Source: the human T2T-CHM13v2.0 reference genome, Homo sapiens
Length of the DNA: 64,000 bases
Direction: 5' to 3' (one strand)
Assembly (NCBI RefSeq): GCF_009914755.1
Contig: NC_060931.1
In this document: positions 58,162 through 64,000 of the stretch, one piece after another
Numbering within the stretch: the stretch's first letter is position 1
Layout: every line of letters begins with the position of its first letter
The notes under the pieces: model-generated
What the model was told of the DNA's origin: nothing
The model's input: the letters and a program-made list of their open reading frames with translations, nothing else
Database searches by the model: none
Made by a program: the position numbers and the translations under genes

Positions 58162-58979
58162 TTATCTGTCTGAGACGATGCTACTAAAACCTATTTAGCA
58201 AAAAATAATCACAGCGTTTCTATTTTTCTTACCTACTCCTAATAGTTCTTTGTTCTGAGTTTTTCAAATTTGTTCATTTGTTCCAAACCAGCATTTTGAC
58301 ACTCTTTATAATTTTCATTTTCATTTGAGTATTTGCTTTTTCTTCCTAAGAATATTTGTTTTTATATTATCTTACCAACTGTACATAATAGAGGTTTAAA
58401 AATATCACCTGGTAACAATGTCCTACACTGTTCTGTATACTCAAGATAGTCAAAGAAAATATTCAAAGATTCAAGAAGTATTTTAAAAGTAGCACTCATT
58501 TTGAAACTACCATGTTCTTCTTGAATACAAATAATAATGACTGGGTCTGCTTTCACATGAAAGTGCTACGAATTCTCTTTTGTGCTGAGCCTTGAGACAG
58601 GCAGAAGCCAGAGTTCCACAGCAGCAGAGGGAACCAAAAGCTGAGCAGGAGGGCCCAGGCATTAGCACTGTCAGAAAACAACACAGTGAAGCTCACAGCA
58701 GCCAGCCCTGAGAACCATCGTATGCGGGGAAAAGGTTGGGCATCACTTCAGAGGGTTAGAACTTGCAGAATATGAAAACCAATTAGGCAGTAAACAATGG
58801 CTGTGATACGCACAATCACAGGCATTTGGGATGAAGTCTTCCAGACAGAAGAACATAAAACTCTCAAAGAACAAAAATGTTTAAAGAAAAGTCTTTCTAA
58901 AATGCATTAAATACTATCTTAACTTTATTATAAACCTTTTCTTGATGACTCAGATCACTGGGATAAACATTAATCATTA

Positions 58980-59314
<335 letters not shown>

Positions 59315-60422
59315 TTACATTATTCTATTATATGGAGCTAGGATAACTTGTTGACCACAATATTGACCTGCTTTTTTTTTTTTTTTTTTTTTTAAAGAAC
59401 TCTGGGTTGCTGTTTTAGTTTTTCTGTTTTTTTCCCAGGAAGGTAAAAGGTCAGCAACCATTTGTGAGTGCTGGAAATCCCACATAACAGGTACTGCTAG
59501 TTGCTTCTCTGATATCAATTCTCCCAGCTTCCTCAGTAACAGAAGTGTAATTTTGTTCAGAGGAGGAGTGTTTAGAAAAGCCAAAAAAAAAAATTTTCCT
59601 GGACTCCTGTGTAGCTAAGGAAAGTCATGTGACACAGGCAGAGGGCTTCTGGGAGAGCTTATGTTTTCCAGATATAGACCCCTTTGCTCTTCCTGCCTGC
59701 CTGGGATAGGAATGTGAGCTGGAGGAGGAACATCAAATGCCTCGTAACCATGAGATCATAAGTATGCATATGAGAACCTACACAGCTAAGGAATATTGGA
59801 AGGGAAAGATGAGAAAGTGTTTGGGTCCCCAAACTATTTTTAAGTCACTATGCCAGACCTAGTCTGCCTACCTTTGGGCATCTATGTATATGTGAATACA
59901 TAAACCCTCGTCTATTTAATTCATGGTTGGTTGGGCTTTGATATGTGCTGCCAAGACACATTTGTAATTGACAAATCATAATTTGCTAACTTTATTCTTC
60001 CAAAAGCATAAACACTAAATAGCCAACTATATTAAAAAGTATGAGTAAAGAAACTCTTGAAAATAGGGGGAGCACACATGAACAAATTAATGCATGAGCT
60101 TTATGAGATGGTCTTTTCTGCTCAGGTCTTTCTTGTTTATTTTATGGCTCAGACTAGGTGAATTCTTAATGTACAAAGGAGCATCTGGAGCCCACTTGAA
60201 GCCCTGATGTTCCACACTGAGAATGACATAACAACCCAGAGAGAAGGCACAGAGAAGGGAACCAGATTTGCCAGAGGGAGGGAGGAAGCCATGGATGGGA
60301 CTGGTCTTAGGATCAATTTCTTGCCTGATAGACAAAAGCTGATCAAGTTTTTGATTGAAACGTATAAAAGCATGAATGGGTATAGATAGGGTAAACAAAA
60401 ACCTATTCAAAATAGAAAAGGT

Positions 60423-60753
<331 letters not shown>

Positions 60754-61332
60754 TCATTTAAATAACAGATAAAGTTAACAAAATACACTTATATAGTGGG
60801 TAAGTATAAATAGGTTGTAAGTATGGACATTTTCTAATCAGAGGCATTAAGGTGGATTATAGGAAGCTGAGGCATACTTTGAGATTGTTACCAGGAACCA
60901 CAATGAGCCTTCCCATGGCTTATCCCACTACATCCCCACTGCCTGGACACTATCCCCCTAGGCGATCAATTCATACTTGCATCTAGTGTATGACTTTGTG
61001 CTGATAATTCATATAGCTACAAGTGTACATGTGTGTACCTATATTACATAGTGGATGTACTTAAAATGTAAGTTTCTACCCTAACCATCTACATTTCAAC
61101 ATAGCGACGTCCTGTTTATGAAACTATGAACCATAATAAGGTAAGAAGAGGATCGTGAGATGGGAAATAAATAAACAGGAACAGGTTTGGCAGGCAAACC
61201 TATCTCCACCTTTGTTCCTAAAAATATTCTGAAATAATAAAAATAAATATTAAAGAGAACTTGCCTTTAACAATACAATAGGTGGGAATTAGGTTTTACT
61301 GATAGAGTCAACTTAGGTAAGAGGAGCCTTAC

Positions 61333-61468
61333 AATTTCAACAGGAGCAATGCTTCGAACCAGCTGCTGGAGGAGTGTAGCTTCACAGTAAGGAAATTTTC
61401 TGATACTTTCTCTAATGATCTTTTCTTGATACACTGGAAAGCCATCAGAAGCTCGGCCTTTTAACAAG
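61333..61468 (-). CDS. ANKMY2: ANKMY2 coding exon, (S)LLKGRASDGFPVYQEKIIRESIRKFPYCEATLLQQLVRSIAPVEI
   Basis: ctttcag| and |gtaagg; 136 nt, phase 2 to 0; ORF 61267..61467. Confidence 0.95.
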
Positions 61469-62251
61469 CTGAAAGATATTTTTTAAAGCGTAATTGGAGT
61501 TGAATCACTAAGCATTCTCTCCTAGTTGAACCCAACAGTTTTTAGTAGTTTCTTCTGTTACTTATGATTTTCTTTGTCTCTTCAAATCATGATGACGGGC
61601 TCAGTTCAAATTGCTGTTCAACCTATATGTTAGGCTAGGCCTTATAAGGTTTTCCAGCCCATTAAATGAATATGCAAAGGTGACTACCACCATAAAACAC
61701 ACTAAACACTGTTATCAGATTAGCTAGTTACTTATTACCATGTCAGTTATTTGTACTAAGAATGAAAACTCTCATAGAGCCACACCCTTCAGACTTAGTT
61801 CCCTTTTCTAGGTAAGGATGCAAGAGAATTTGATCTCTGGTGGTCAGAGAAGCAGCATAACACACAGCTCTCCAAGATACAGTAACAGAGACACCCTGGA
61901 TGCCATTACAAACCTAGGGCTGCGACCTAGGGCATAAAATATTCTCAAATTTGGACTTGGGCCACTTTCTCGCGGTGTGATCTTACACATGTTATTTAAC
62001 CTCTCCAAACCTCAGATTCCTCATCTGTAAATTGCTGGTAACAACAAAAACATCACAGTAAAGGATACAGAACTGAATAATCACTCAATATAAGTATAAT
62101 ATTATTCTCTGTTTGTCAAAGACTAAATGTGAGTCCAACAACAGCAATTGCTGCCAAAATGTTTAATTTTGAAACACATAATAATGAGGCTTCATATTAA
62201 AAAAAATATTCACTTGAGTGTATTTTATAAACGACATAGTAAAAAGAGTAC

Positions 62252-62466
62252 CTTTTGATCAAGGTGTCCAGTTTATTCTCTCCATCTTTTAAGAAGTTAA
62301 TGCATTTCTGAAAGATACAGCTTATGTAATGCATCTTCATAGCCAATACTTCATTCATGTCTCTTTGCTTCATACATTTCTCACAAATCAAATCCATCAC
62401 TCTGTAGCATTTATTCAGGGCTGCTTCTTCTGTCAGCAGAGGATTCTCATTTACAAGCATCACGAT
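62252..62466 (-). CDS. ANKMY2: ANKMY2 coding exon, IVMLVNENPLLTEEAALNKCYRVMDLICEK...KLDTLIK(S)
   Basis: ttcctctag| and |gtactc on the - strand; 215 nt, phase 0 to 2; ORF 62197..62463; peptide recognised. Confidence 0.95.
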
Positions 62467-63267
62467 CTAGAGGAAATCCCAGTGTACTCAGGTATTAAAG
62501 GAGACACTTGTTCATGTACAAATTAGGTAGTCCATTTAGTTGATTTCAAAAGATTACCAAAGAAAGCCTTCCTTAGGATCATGAAGTTATTATGTTATTT
62601 GTTAGAATGCAAATTACCCAGAACTTATAGAACTAATATAGAAAGACCCTGAAATAGTGGAATCTCTTGAACTCTGTATATCAAAGTTATAATGTGATCT
62701 TCCATCTACCTACACCACAGTGCCAGTATGCCATTCAAGAGCACATGATTTTACAGTCTCTGTTAAATTCACTTTTACTAAAGATAAACATGACAAATTT
62801 GTACATTTTACATAAAGAATCAAATCATTGAGCAATAACCACTTTTAGTTAACATTACTCAGCTCTAGAATTTCATGGCTAGGAGAACTACAATTCTCAT
62901 TAATTCTTATTAAGCACAAGAAAATGAGATTTTTTCAGAATGAAGTCTAAAAATGAAATATGCTTTACTTTCCAATTAACTATATTTCTCTATGGAAATT
63001 TTCCTGAAGATGCTTCCAATCATCTACAGTAATGAGAACAGGTCAAAGAGGAAGCCATAAATAACTTTAAAGGGGAAATATTAGAATGATCAAATCTTAC
63101 ACGTTATGAGTCCCACATTTCCTATGTATGCACAGATTATGCTCAAATTTAGTGTAATATGGAGTATTTTTGTATTAGCTTTGTTGTAGGGTAGATTATT
63201 TGAAGTAGGTCTGCAAAGGACTGCTGTAAATATCCATGGTGGCATAACAGTAATGTAAACATGAATG

Positions 63268-63792
63268 TGAGAGTGGCAGGAGGCAGCCAAATGCCTAGAG
63301 AGAATAGGGGTGGGTCCTTGGTGAAGCCCCACTTCCAAGCCAAAGACAGTTTAAAGCCTGAAAGCCAAGCTACAAATTAAATCCTTGAACCGGACTGAGA
63401 ACTTGTCTTCCTGTTTGACTCAATTTCTTCTGATTGATCCCCACCCTTCACCTATTTTACATACACCTACCCTTTCCTAACTGGTTTTCTACACTGTTGT
63501 GCCCACCATTGAGTGGTGTCTTCACTTTAACCTTTTTTACATACTCACAAACCAATCAGCATGCACTCCCCTTTCTGAGTCCATAAAAGGACCTGGACCC
63601 AGGCACATGGGGCACTTTCCCGCCTTTGGGTAGGGGAACCACCCTGCACTGCGTCTCCTATTTGCTGAGAGCTTTCCTTTCACTTAATAAATTTTACTCC
63701 ACTCACTCTCCAGTGTCCACCTGTCTAATTCTTCCTGGTTGTAAGACAAGAACTTGGATCTAGCTGAACTAAGGAGCACAAAGACCACAACA
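63268..63792 (+). mobile_element. ERV1 solo LTR (LTR9/MER61 group), antisense to ANKMY2
   Basis: tgagagtgg...ccacaaca ends; perfect TSD aatg (63264-63267 / 63793-63796); CCAAT, CATAAAA and AATAAA motifs. Confidence 0.85.
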
Positions 63793-64000
63793 AATGTAAC
63801 AGGGACACAACTGTATGCACAGAGCAGACAGCCAGTCAGTACTTGCTAACCTACCTGTTACAGCTAAATCAATATCCCAGGGACTATACATGTCAGGGAA
63901 CAACAGGTAGATTTCCTGAATTAGATTCTTTTCTTTAGGCATGAAAAAAGATCATCTATTAGTAAAGCCCATAGCTAGCCCTCTAATTAGAAATTTAACA

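Overview
Primate (very probably human) genomic DNA, AT-rich and repeat-dense. It holds the 3' halves of two convergent spliced genes. LRRC72 (+ strand) has six coding exons at 9071-33208, including a 28-nt microexon. ANKMY2 (- strand) has five coding exons at 62466-52462 and a ~1 kb 3'UTR. I verified the splice sites and reading phases of all eleven exons by hand. The most unusual structure is intergenic. A Ricksha (MULE/MuDR) DNA-transposon fossil at 34309-43783, inserted into an MLT1F-type LTR with a 9-bp target-site duplication (TSD), has grown to ~9.5 kb through nested insertions. These are: a near full-length ATXN2L processed pseudogene with a CpG-retaining 5' end; a co-oriented MER61-type LTR 25 bp upstream of it; a second ~2.4 kb polyadenylated, TSD-flanked retroposed insert of unknown origin; an LTR that landed in the transposase catalytic motif; and an Alu. 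The rest is Alu, L1, L2, MIR, MaLR and ERV1 LTR sequence. There are no rRNA, tRNA or CRISPR features, and most ORFs in the supplied track are repeat-derived noise. Gene and repeat names are from recognition, not database searches, so repeat subfamily labels are approximate. I see no demonstrably new system; the best candidate is a possibly LTR-driven or antisense-transcribed ATXN2L retrocopy within the nested cassette.
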